Shown here in pieces: positions 1-7,236 of a stretch of DNA of 18,177 bases. The notes beneath the pieces are model-generated. The model was not told the DNA's origin and searched no databases. It was given only the letters and a program-made list of their open reading frames with translations. Source of the DNA: Marine Group I thaumarchaeote. GTDB lineage: Archaea > Thermoproteota > Nitrososphaeria > Nitrososphaerales > Nitrosopumilaceae. The stretch's first letter is position 1. The number at the start of each line of letters is the position of its first letter. The position numbers and the translations under genes were made by a program. Where the stretch lies: assembly GCA_044358425.1 (NCBI GenBank), contig CP054849.1:806673-824849 (forward strand). Direction: 5' to 3'.

Positions 1-333
1 ACCCATACCAATTGTTGCAGAATGTAAATTACGTGGCAATGCACCAATAAGCTTCTTTACCGCACCTAAAGTTAATTTTTGATCAACTAAAGGAATTACA
101 ATTAGATTTGGAGAGATAGAGCGTGTTGAAGTTACATTAATTTTTGGAACACATGTGTAAACTAAATCAGTTCCAGATCTCAATGCAGCAAGAGAAGATA
201 AAATAGGAGCACCATGATAGATGTAACTACCACCAACAACCAATACAATTCCATTTTCACCTTTTCTTGAAGTAGATTTTCTAGGAGAAATAAAATTTTC
301 AATTATAGAGGAAGATAAAATTAATGGTTCCAA
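1..333 (-). CDS. nnrD: ADP-dependent NAD(P)H-hydrate dehydratase (YjeF C-terminal/carbohydrate kinase family), 5' part; runs off the window edge
   Basis: Manual translation from TTG at 333: MEPLILSSSIIENFISPRKSTSRKGENGIVLVVGGSYIYHGAPILSSLAALRSGTDLVYTCVPK. This matches the R..S.KG.NG.VLVVGGS..Y.GAP...A.R.G.DLV signature. An in-frame stop lies just upstream. Not in the ORF track. Confidence 0.9.
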   Translation of the reverse strand, partial: MEPLILSSSIIENFISPRKSTSRKGENGIVLVVGGSYIYHGAPILSSLAALRSGTDLVYTCVPKINVTSTRSISPNLIVIPLVDQKLTLGAVKKLIGALPRNLHSATIGMG

Positions 334-392
334 TGTACATTAGTCTAATAATTAGATGAATAAATATTGTTTTGAATTAAACTAATGTCAGA

Positions 393-1229
393 TTAGGTTT
401 TTGTTTTTTTTCTGGTTGTTTTTGCTTTAGTGGTTGTTTTTGCTTTAGTTTTTCCAAAAAAGGCCTTTCTTGCAAAACAAAGATAGGTAGTATGGCCAAT
501 CCCTTGGAAAGAATGTCTAGTTTTTCCTTCTCTGGCTTCAATATTTCGGATTATGTGTTCAGTTGATTCAATATCAGTAAATTCATTTTCAACTAATGCC
601 ATAGTTAATTTTTCTAACTGATTCATTGTTGGACAAATTGCAAATATTGCGCCACTTCCCTTCAACATTTTTCTTACTTTAGGAATAACAATCCAAGGGT
701 CGCCTAAATCAATTAAAGCAACATCCATCTCCGTGACAGGGATTTCTTTAGATGTTTTTAAATCCAAATTGTGTTGAGTTACATATTTTGAAAGACCACT
801 TCTACTGATATTTTTTTCTGCAATTTTCATGAATTTCTCATCAACATCAAAAGTGTAAACATGACCTCGAGGTTTTACTATACTTGCAACAAAAGAAGTT
901 AAAGAACCACTTCCAGTTCCAATCTCCAATATTTTTTGTCCATCTTTAATTCCAGCGCGTGCAGCAATATATCCAAGATCTTTTGGATAAACAATTTGAG
1001 TCCCATGTTGTATTTTCATAATATAATCATACATGGTAGGTTCCAACAAGTACACGTACTTGTCTTTGTTAGTCATCAATCTAGAACCATATTCTTTTCC
1101 AATAGCATCAGAATGTTTGATTACACCAATGTGTGTGTGAAATGATTCTTTTTTTGAAATATTCATTAACCATTTTTTTGAATTATTATAAAAGAATAGT
1201 ACAGGAGAATTTTGCTTAATTTTTGTCAT
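393..1229 (-). CDS. trmI: tRNA (adenine57/58-N1)-methyltransferase, TrmI/GCD14 family
   Basis: TQIVYPKD, ILEIGTGSGSLT (SAM motif I), DLGDPW, CPTMNQL and GHTTYL motifs. Start placed at ATG 1229 (MTKIK) rather than 1271. Short Lys/Thr-rich C-terminal tail. Confidence 0.93.
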   Translation of the reverse strand: MTKIKQNSPVLFFYNNSKKWLMNISKKESFHTHIGVIKHSDAIGKEYGSRLMTNKDKYVYLLEPTMYDYIMKIQHGTQIVYPKDLGYIAARAGIKDGQKILEIGTGSGSLTSFVASIVKPRGHVYTFDVDEKFMKIAEKNISRSGLSKYVTQHNLDLKTSKEIPVTEMDVALIDLGDPWIVIPKVRKMLKGSGAIFAICPTMNQLEKLTMALVENEFTDIESTEHIIRNIEAREGKTRHSFQGIGHTTYLCFARKAFFGKTKAKTTTKAKTTRKKTKT

Positions 1230-1446
1230 GTTGTTTTTCAAAAAATTTAAGATAAGAATGTTAGGTTGCACATAGAGATAAAGACAAAATTTCCCATCAC
1301 AGAAAAATTATTTGAAATTATTTTAGAAGAGGTTTATTCAGGCATGAAATTGAGAAAATAATACCAATCTATTAGAAAATTCTTTAACTAAAGTTTCAGG
1401 TTTGTGATCAACTTTATCTACAAGTAATTTTATGATTTAATTTATC

Positions 1447-1518
1447 ATGTCATATTCTGATGGGGATTATGAAACAGAAAACTATGATTCTGAATCTGAG
1501 GAAGAGTATTACAATTAA
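1447..1518 (+). CDS. Candidate 23-aa acidic, Tyr-rich peptide MSYSDGDYETENYDSESEEEYYN
   Basis: ATG-to-TAA frame with strongly biased D/E/Y/S composition; T-rich tract follows at ~1545-1556. Too short to be sure. Confidence 0.35.
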   Translation: MSYSDGDYETENYDSESEEEYYN

Positions 1519-1620
1519 CAGGAATCATTATCAAAATAACCATCTTTTTTTATTTTATCTTGTCTAGGTGAGCTGGAGTTATTCAAAATAAGGAACTCAG
1601 TTCAGAAGTTAAAAAATAGT

Positions 1621-1767
1621 TTATTGAGAAATCCATTCAATAATCTTTTCACTTAACGATTGAATCATAGGCATTATTGAATCATTGATTGTTTGTGCAA
1701 CTTCAGGAAATGCAACAGAAAACAGAATTCCAATAATTATTCCGATAATTAATGAAATTTTACCCAT
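1621..1767 (-). CDS. Small membrane protein, 48 aa (MGKISLIIGIIIGILFSVAFPEVAQTINDSIMPMIQSLSEKIIEWISQ)
   Basis: Manual translation. One hydrophobic segment with GxxxG followed by an amphipathic helix; fills an intergenic gap. Confidence 0.7.
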   Translation of the reverse strand: MGKISLIIGIIIGILFSVAFPEVAQTINDSIMPMIQSLSEKIIEWISQ

Positions 1768-1824
1768 AATTGATGTAAATTAGAATAGTGAATAATAGTA
1801 TATGTTACAATAAAAAATTGAAAA

Positions 1825-2568
1825 TCAGACCAAATTATAATAATTCTTTTTCGGTTTAAAAATTACAAATTGATTTACCATATCAAGTAAAAATTCTTCA
1901 GATTCCTCCCTAGTTCCAAATAACAAAGGGTATTTCTCCATAAAATCAATTAAAACATCTTGATTAACAGACACGTCATCATCACCTCGTATCTCTCTAA
2001 AAATATAAAATAATTTTTCTTTTTTATTACTAAGAGGAGTAATTCTACCAAAAGAATTTTTTGTTAACAAACTATGATCAACTTTTGGAGTATCAAGACC
2101 CAAAAATTTCAGAATTTCCTTATCAATATCTTGTTTAATTGATTCATTTTGTACACTTTTACAAAATTGAACTAAATCCTTATTTTCATTTACAGGTAGA
2201 TTCGATAAATCAATCAATTCCAATAATTTTTTACGATCTATTAATACCACATTTTTGATTTTTGCTAAGTTTTTTGCAGAAGAAAGGAATTTGTTGTTAG
2301 TAATTACAACGGACATTTGAGAATTGTATTTTCTCGAAGAATCCAATACTCTTTGAACAGAAGTAAAAGTTAATTCAGATTCTGAACGAGTGGTTTGAAC
2401 TGCAAGGCGATAATTAGATTGTTGTAACATCATATCACATCCATATTCTTTTGAACGATTTGTTACTGTAGTGGAATAGCCTAATTTTTCAAATAATTTA
2501 ATGATAAATTCTTCAAATTCACGACCAGAAGTATTATCAAGATTAGATAAATCATGAATTGAATACAT
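1825..2568 (-). CDS. Mrr-like (Mrr_cat, PD-(D/E)xK fold) restriction endonuclease domain protein with C-terminal winged-helix-like domain; catalytic Lys apparently lost
   Basis: GREFEEFIIKLFEKLGY...SKEYGCD...AVQTTR...VVITNNKF...A..LA...V.LIDR follows the Mrr_cat pattern. Start placed at ATG 2568 (track starts at TTG 2592). Confidence 0.8.
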   Translation of the reverse strand: MYSIHDLSNLDNTSGREFEEFIIKLFEKLGYSTTVTNRSKEYGCDMMLQQSNYRLAVQTTRSESELTFTSVQRVLDSSRKYNSQMSVVITNNKFLSSAKNLAKIKNVVLIDRKKLLELIDLSNLPVNENKDLVQFCKSVQNESIKQDIDKEILKFLGLDTPKVDHSLLTKNSFGRITPLSNKKEKLFYIFREIRGDDDVSVNQDVLIDFMEKYPLLFGTREESEEFLLDMVNQFVIFKPKKNYYNLV

Positions 2569-2610
2569 GTCATTTTGACTTATTAATAGCAATTAAAATA
2601 GATAATCAAA

Positions 2611-2931
2611 TTGACAGAGATTCAACTAGAAGGTTCAGGGGGATGGATTAAAGCAGATCTTACCGACGAACAAGTAAAAGAATCAAAACTGGTTCCAAAC
2701 ATGGAAAAATATTTTTTAGGAAAACTTGAAAAACTTGATACAGCAAAAATGTTTAATCATTTTTGTAAGCAATGTAATTCAGAGTTTGATGGTCCAACTC
2801 AAATACAGATTGAAGAAAAACCAAACGAAGCAGTTGCAGATGGTTTAATTCTAATTGAAAGGGGACAGTACACATGTCACCAATGTAATTCAATCATTGG
2901 AGAATATCGTGTTTTTAAAAAAAGTGAATAG
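2611..2931 (+). CDS. Hypothetical protein with two CxxC pairs (probable zinc ribbon)
   Basis: CKQC and CHQC motifs in a 106-aa ORF with TTG start. Confidence 0.75.
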   Translation: MTEIQLEGSGGWIKADLTDEQVKESKLVPNMEKYFLGKLEKLDTAKMFNHFCKQCNSEFDGPTQIQIEEKPNEAVADGLILIERGQYTCHQCNSIIGEYRVFKKSE

Positions 2932-2996
2932 TCAAAAATAATCATTGTAGCGAATCAAAACGTATTCAATAAATACTGCAATTTTTCAGCAATGTT

Positions 2997-3137
2997 ATGG
3001 CAAATATGAAATGTGTATCATGTGGAATTGGTTTTTTCTCACCAACAGGATCAAACAAATGTTCCAGATGTGCAGGTAAAGAATCTCAAGGTACTGAGGG
3101 ACATGACTCTTGTGGCTGTGGTGGGCACAATTGTTAA
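2997..3137 (+). CDS. Cys/His-rich microprotein, 46 aa (MANMKCVSCGIGFFSPTGSNKCSRCAGKESQGTEGHDSCGCGGHNC)
   Basis: Manual translation: CxxC-x12-CxxC plus a HxxCxCxxHxC tail. AT-rich TATA-like element ~25 nt upstream and a T7 tract just downstream. Alternative start at ATG 3006. Confidence 0.8.
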   Translation: MANMKCVSCGIGFFSPTGSNKCSRCAGKESQGTEGHDSCGCGGHNC

Positions 3138-3140
3138 CTC

Positions 3141-3150
3141 TTTTTTTCTT
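3141..3150 (+). terminator. Probable archaeal oligo-T terminator
   Basis: TTTTTTTCTT begins 4 nt after the stop of the 2997-3137 ORF. Confidence 0.45.
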
Positions 3151-3186
3151 CAATCTAAAATATAACTAACAAAAAAAAGCAATGTT

Positions 3187-3699
3187 ATGACAAAAACATC
3201 AAGTGAAATGAAACAATTAGTGGAAGAATTTATCAGAGTTACTAACGTGAAATATGAAGATCAAACTGAAAAAATAAAACAAAAAAGTGATCTAGTAGAT
3301 TGGCAATTTCATGTTGGAACAAATGTAATCGTCAGTAAAAATGCCAACAGGGAAGACAGAGTGCACATTAATGTAAATATGAGATTCCCACCAGAAGATT
3401 CAAAATTACTAATTAGTAAAAATCCATCATTTTCTAAAACAATTATGGAAGTTAGTGAGATTTGCACAGTATGCAACATGGGGCATCAATGGATTAAAGA
3501 TGGTGAAATAATAGCAGGTTTGGCAATTTTTTCTCACATAGATGAACAAAATTTGAATAGAATTTCATTCCATAATGCTTGGGATAATGTAGCCAGGGTA
3601 TCAGGACATGTTCAAAAAATCCTACGTTCAAATTTTAGTAGTTTTTCATCAAAAAATAATTTAACAGATGAAACAACAGGTAAAACAATGTACGGGTAA
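3187..3699 (+). CDS. Hypothetical protein, possibly DUF2299-like
   Basis: 170-aa ORF; length, alternating beta/alpha pattern and the Ser-rich tail ending in MYG resemble archaeal DUF2299 proteins. Family call tentative. Confidence 0.55.
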   Translation: MTKTSSEMKQLVEEFIRVTNVKYEDQTEKIKQKSDLVDWQFHVGTNVIVSKNANREDRVHINVNMRFPPEDSKLLISKNPSFSKTIMEVSEICTVCNMGHQWIKDGEIIAGLAIFSHIDEQNLNRISFHNAWDNVARVSGHVQKILRSNFSSFSSKNNLTDETTGKTMYG

Positions 3700-3761
3700 A
3701 TCAAAAAATAATTTTACAGACATACCAAAGTATACATAGACTGATTAAAAAAAATAAGCAA

Positions 3762-4061
3762 ATGATATCTTTTGAATACAGAATTTTAAGCGAATATAAA
3801 ATAAAAGTAGCAAAAATAGACACTCTTGTAAAATCAATAATGTCTCACAATCTACCAAAAAGTACTGAATGTAAAGATGCATCAGAATTTTTGGGTGTCA
3901 TGGTAAATGAAATAGACCAATTTTACAAAAATAATAGTGAAATCTTATCAAAAAATGGAAAAAAACCTCATGCACGTTCACGCTTACCAGAAAATAAAAA
4001 ATGGTTAGAAAATATTGAAAGATTTTATGAATTAAACCCTAGAAGAAGACCAAGAAAATAA
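3762..4061 (+). CDS. Hypothetical basic protein (99 aa)
   Basis: ATG-start ORF with TATA-like TATACATA ~30 nt upstream; no family recognised. Confidence 0.7.
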   Translation: MISFEYRILSEYKIKVAKIDTLVKSIMSHNLPKSTECKDASEFLGVMVNEIDQFYKNNSEILSKNGKKPHARSRLPENKKWLENIERFYELNPRRRPRK

Positions 4062-4067
4062 TCAAAA

Positions 4068-4223
4068 TTATTGAGACAAGAGTTCCCAATCATTTTGTCC
4101 ACATTTACATTGTTTTCCAGATGAAACAATGTAATCCATGAATTCCAAATCAGTGCAAGGCCCCTGATCAGGAATTAAAATTTTTGAAGTACATTTTCGA
4201 CATTTTGCTTCAAACCCATCCAT
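4068..4223 (-). CDS. Small zinc-ribbon-like protein, 51 aa (MDGFEAKCRKCTSKILIPDQGPCTDLEFMDYIVSSGKQCKCGQNDWELLSQ)
   Basis: Manual translation: CxxC ... CxCG..W. Fills the gap between 4061 and 4253. Not in the ORF track. Confidence 0.75.
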   Translation of the reverse strand: MDGFEAKCRKCTSKILIPDQGPCTDLEFMDYIVSSGKQCKCGQNDWELLSQ

Positions 4224-4252
4224 AAAATCACAATTTATTATAGTCTAAAATA

Positions 4253-4654
4253 TCAAAAGTTTTTGGATTCAACAAATTCAACTATTGAAAGAATTTCACC
4301 CATTTCTACAAGATGTCCATAACTAGTGTTTTTGGCATTTTTCATAGGTTTGTTATTTACACTAATGAATAACATGTTGCCATCAGATAGAGGAATTGTA
4401 ATTCTTTTGATCTTGGAGTATGAAGTTATAGAGTATAATCCGTTACCTATGTGTTCTGCAGATGATGCATATTCATTCCATTCGCCTCTAGATCTAGACA
4501 TGGTTGCTTTAGTTTTTTCAATTGGAACAATATTGGCAATACCATCTCTTTGACTGTTCCAAAGTAGATTTCCATTTGCATCAGATACGGCTGCAAATCT
4601 AACAGATTCATTAAAATCCATTATCATGTTCAAAAGCTGCTCATATTTTTCCAT
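4253..4654 (-). CDS. DUF6659-like (roadblock/profilin-like sensor fold) protein, paralogue 1
   Basis: VRFAAVSDANGNLL...R.G....IG.GLYSITSYSKIKRITIPL pattern typical of this thaumarchaeal family. Confidence 0.7.
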   Translation of the reverse strand: MEKYEQLLNMIMDFNESVRFAAVSDANGNLLWNSQRDGIANIVPIEKTKATMSRSRGEWNEYASSAEHIGNGLYSITSYSKIKRITIPLSDGNMLFISVNNKPMKNAKNTSYGHLVEMGEILSIVEFVESKNF

Positions 4655-4704
4655 TACATGACAAACGTTATTTCGGTTAATATAATCTTCGAAATTATTA
4701 ATTC

Positions 4705-4713
4705 TAGTGCCAA
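4705..4713 (-). promoter_or_regulatory. TTGGCACTA motif, copy A
   Basis: Ends 51 nt before ATG 4654 and 20 nt before TTATATTA (4685-4678, minus strand). Confidence 0.65.
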
Positions 4714-4728
4714 ATAATTTTATTTTTT

Positions 4729-5136
4729 CTATTCTTCAAAAGTATTGACAAAGTCAACTATTGACATAATTTTTCCCATTTGCACATATCGACCATAACT
4801 CTTTGTTTTTGTCTTTTTGAGAGGAGTATTATCTACATAGATCATTAACATGTGAAATGCATCAAGAGGAATAGTTACTTGTTTAACTTTTTGAAAAGAA
4901 GCAATATGATACATTGCTCGTCCTAGGTCATCTGAATCTTCTATTTTACATCGAGTAATCCAGTCTGAAGATTCACGAATTAGTGTTTTTTTAATTTCCT
5001 CTAGTGGAACTTTAATTTCAGAATCATCTCTAATGGTATTCCATAGAATATTTCCTTTTGTGTCACTTATGACATTAATCAAAATTGATGGTTCGTAGTC
5101 CATTAGCATATGAAGTAATTTTTCATATCTTGACAT
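4729..5136 (-). CDS. DUF6659-like protein, paralogue 2 (more diverged)
   Basis: Aligns end to end with 4253-4654 (YEKLL..MD, SD..GN.LWN..RD, TIPL, SYG..V.MG.I.SIV.FV). Start placed at ATG 5136. Confidence 0.7.
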   Translation of the reverse strand: MSRYEKLLHMLMDYEPSILINVISDTKGNILWNTIRDDSEIKVPLEEIKKTLIRESSDWITRCKIEDSDDLGRAMYHIASFQKVKQVTIPLDAFHMLMIYVDNTPLKKTKTKSYGRYVQMGKIMSIVDFVNTFEE

Positions 5137-5189
5137 ACCATAAATCAAGTTTTTGTAGAATAAAAACTATTATTCATTAGAGTGAATAA

Positions 5190-5198
5190 TTGGCACTA
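5190..5198 (+). promoter_or_regulatory. TTGGCACTA motif, copy B
   Basis: Ends 49 nt before ATG 5247 and 20 nt before TTTATAAC at 5218. Confidence 0.65.
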
Positions 5199-5246
5199 GA
5201 AAAAGGTAAAAAAATAATTTATAACTGATTTGATTAGACAATTTAC

Positions 5247-5807
5247 ATGGAAAATCCATATACAGATAAAGATTTTGTACATGAAGTTTGGGAAGAATTT
5301 CCTCAATTAGCAGAATGGCATAATCTAGATAATGATATTTTACCAATTTGGAAATTAGAACAGTTCATTGAAGCAGGATACCATAATTTTGATGCAGGAA
5401 GAAAACCACTTTACCATTTAAGTAAAATGATAGAAAAGTATGCGCAAGACAACAAAGAGCCTTTACTGGCAACATTTGAGAAAATTGCAAAATTTTCGTA
5501 TGTTAAAGAAAGATATCAGGAAATGGTGAAAGGTATGCCCAAAGTATGGATAATTGCAGATTTTGATGATGAAGTAATTCCAACAGATGTTGTTATACCA
5601 AATTCAGAATTCCTTAGTTGCAGTAATACAAATCTGGCAAATGTATGGACAGTCATCACTAGAGGACCATATGGTCCATTTGGTCTAATCGCAGAAGAAT
5701 ATGAGGATGGAATGTTCAGAGGATTCTTCACACTAAACTCAAACGTATGTAGATATGCTCTAAAAGTTATGGGCAAAACATTAGATGCTAAATTCGATAT
5801 ACAATAG
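5247..5807 (+). CDS. Standalone DICT sensory domain protein, paralogue 1
   Basis: K..L..LS..IE..A......L.ATFE....F.....RY..., W.VI..GP....GL.A.E and FRGFFT.N pattern matches the DICT domain. Confidence 0.8.
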   Translation: MENPYTDKDFVHEVWEEFPQLAEWHNLDNDILPIWKLEQFIEAGYHNFDAGRKPLYHLSKMIEKYAQDNKEPLLATFEKIAKFSYVKERYQEMVKGMPKVWIIADFDDEVIPTDVVIPNSEFLSCSNTNLANVWTVITRGPYGPFGLIAEEYEDGMFRGFFTLNSNVCRYALKVMGKTLDAKFDIQ

Positions 5808-5825
5808 AAAATAAAAAAGGAATCA

Positions 5826-7169
5826 ATGTTTGAAAAAAGTATATTTCTTTTTCATAGAGATTTAAGATTAGAAGACAATATTGGTTTAATTGAAGCACTC
5901 CAAAATTCAAAGGAAGTCATCCCATGTTTTATTTACGATTCAAAATTAATTAAAAAATTAACAGACTCTAAATTTAGATGGAACTTTCTTAATGAGTCAT
6001 TAGTAGATTTAGATGAAAGTCTTAAGAAAAAAGGAAGTCGTTTACAAGTACTTGAAGGAATTACAGAAAAAATTCTAGAAAACATCATTAAAAAATATAA
6101 AATTAATGCAATTTTTAGTAATACGGATTTTTCAAATTATTCACAAAATCGAGATGAGAAAATTTATCAAATTTGTGAAAAAAACAAAATACCATTTCAC
6201 AGAACATTAGATTTTTTACTCCACAATCCAAATGAAATCAAAACAAATGATGACACGCCTTACACAATCTATTCATTTTTCTACAAGAAAGCAAAAATTT
6301 TTCCAACTAGAAAAATAATTAAAAATAATAAAAAAAATTATTCAAACAAAAATATTTCAAATAGAGAAATTGGGAAATTAGAGATAACAAATTCAGAAAT
6401 TATAGGAGGCAGAAAGGAAGCATTAAAAATTTTAAAAGACATAAAGCAATTTGCCAATTATGATAAAGTAAGAGATTTTCCAAGTTTGAATCAAACAACA
6501 TTGCTTTCTGCACATAACAAATTTGGAACCATTTCAATTAGAGAAATTCACACTCAAATTAAGGAAACTTTAGGCATAAATCATACAATTATGGGAGAAA
6601 TTTATTGGAGAGAATTTTTCAACTATATTTTATTTCATTTCCCATATGTTGAAAAAAAATCATTTAGAGAGAAATTCCAAAAAATACCATGGGAAACTTC
6701 TGAAGAATCATTGAAAAAATGGCAGGAAGGGAAAACAGGATTTCCAATTGTGGATGCAGGAATGAGACAGTTAAATCAAACAGGATTTATGCATAATAGA
6801 GTTAGAATGATTGTAGCATCATTTCTTACTAAGGATTTGCATATTGATTGGAGATGTGGAGAAAGATATTTTGCTAAAAAATTGATCGATTATGATACAG
6901 CAGTTAATTCAGGTAATTGGCAATGGGCAGCATCAACTGGTTGTGATTCAGTTCCATACTTTAGAATTTTTAATCCCTGGAGACAACAAGAGAGATTTGA
7001 TTCAAAATGTGAATATATCAAAAAATGGATTCCAGAATTAAAAAATATAGAATCAAAAACAATTCATAATTTATGGAAGAAATTTCCAGAAAATTTAAAA
7101 TATCCAAAACCAATGATTGAGCATAAAGTCGAAGCTGAAAAAACAAAAAATATTTTCAAAATGCAATAA
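5826..7169 (+). CDS. phrB: Deoxyribodipyrimidine photolyase (class I CPD photolyase-like)
   Basis: FHRDLRLEDN, WREFF, GKTGFPIVDAGMRQL..TGFMHNRVRMIVASFLTKDL.IDW, DYD.AVN.GNWQW and RIFNP..Q..RFD motifs. Trp-triad equivalents present (IPW, IDW, GNW). Confidence 0.95.
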   Translation: MFEKSIFLFHRDLRLEDNIGLIEALQNSKEVIPCFIYDSKLIKKLTDSKFRWNFLNESLVDLDESLKKKGSRLQVLEGITEKILENIIKKYKINAIFSNTDFSNYSQNRDEKIYQICEKNKIPFHRTLDFLLHNPNEIKTNDDTPYTIYSFFYKKAKIFPTRKIIKNNKKNYSNKNISNREIGKLEITNSEIIGGRKEALKILKDIKQFANYDKVRDFPSLNQTTLLSAHNKFGTISIREIHTQIKETLGINHTIMGEIYWREFFNYILFHFPYVEKKSFREKFQKIPWETSEESLKKWQEGKTGFPIVDAGMRQLNQTGFMHNRVRMIVASFLTKDLHIDWRCGERYFAKKLIDYDTAVNSGNWQWAASTGCDSVPYFRIFNPWRQQERFDSKCEYIKKWIPELKNIESKTIHNLWKKFPENLKYPKPMIEHKVEAEKTKNIFKMQ

Positions 7170-7178
7170 TCAAAAAAG

Positions 7179-7187
7179 TTGGCACTA
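7179..7187 (+). promoter_or_regulatory. TTGGCACTA motif, copy C
   Basis: Ends 50 nt before ATG 7237 and 22 nt before TTATATAC at 7209. Confidence 0.65.
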
Positions 7188-7236
7188 TTTGTAGAAATAA
7201 TTAGTAGATTATATACTAAAAAAAAATTCTAAATGT

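Noticed and set aside
3122-3130. TGGGCACAA as another copy of the TTGGCACTA motif
   Set aside because: It lies in coding sequence (Gly-His codons) and has no clear TATA-like box at the 20-22 nt spacing.
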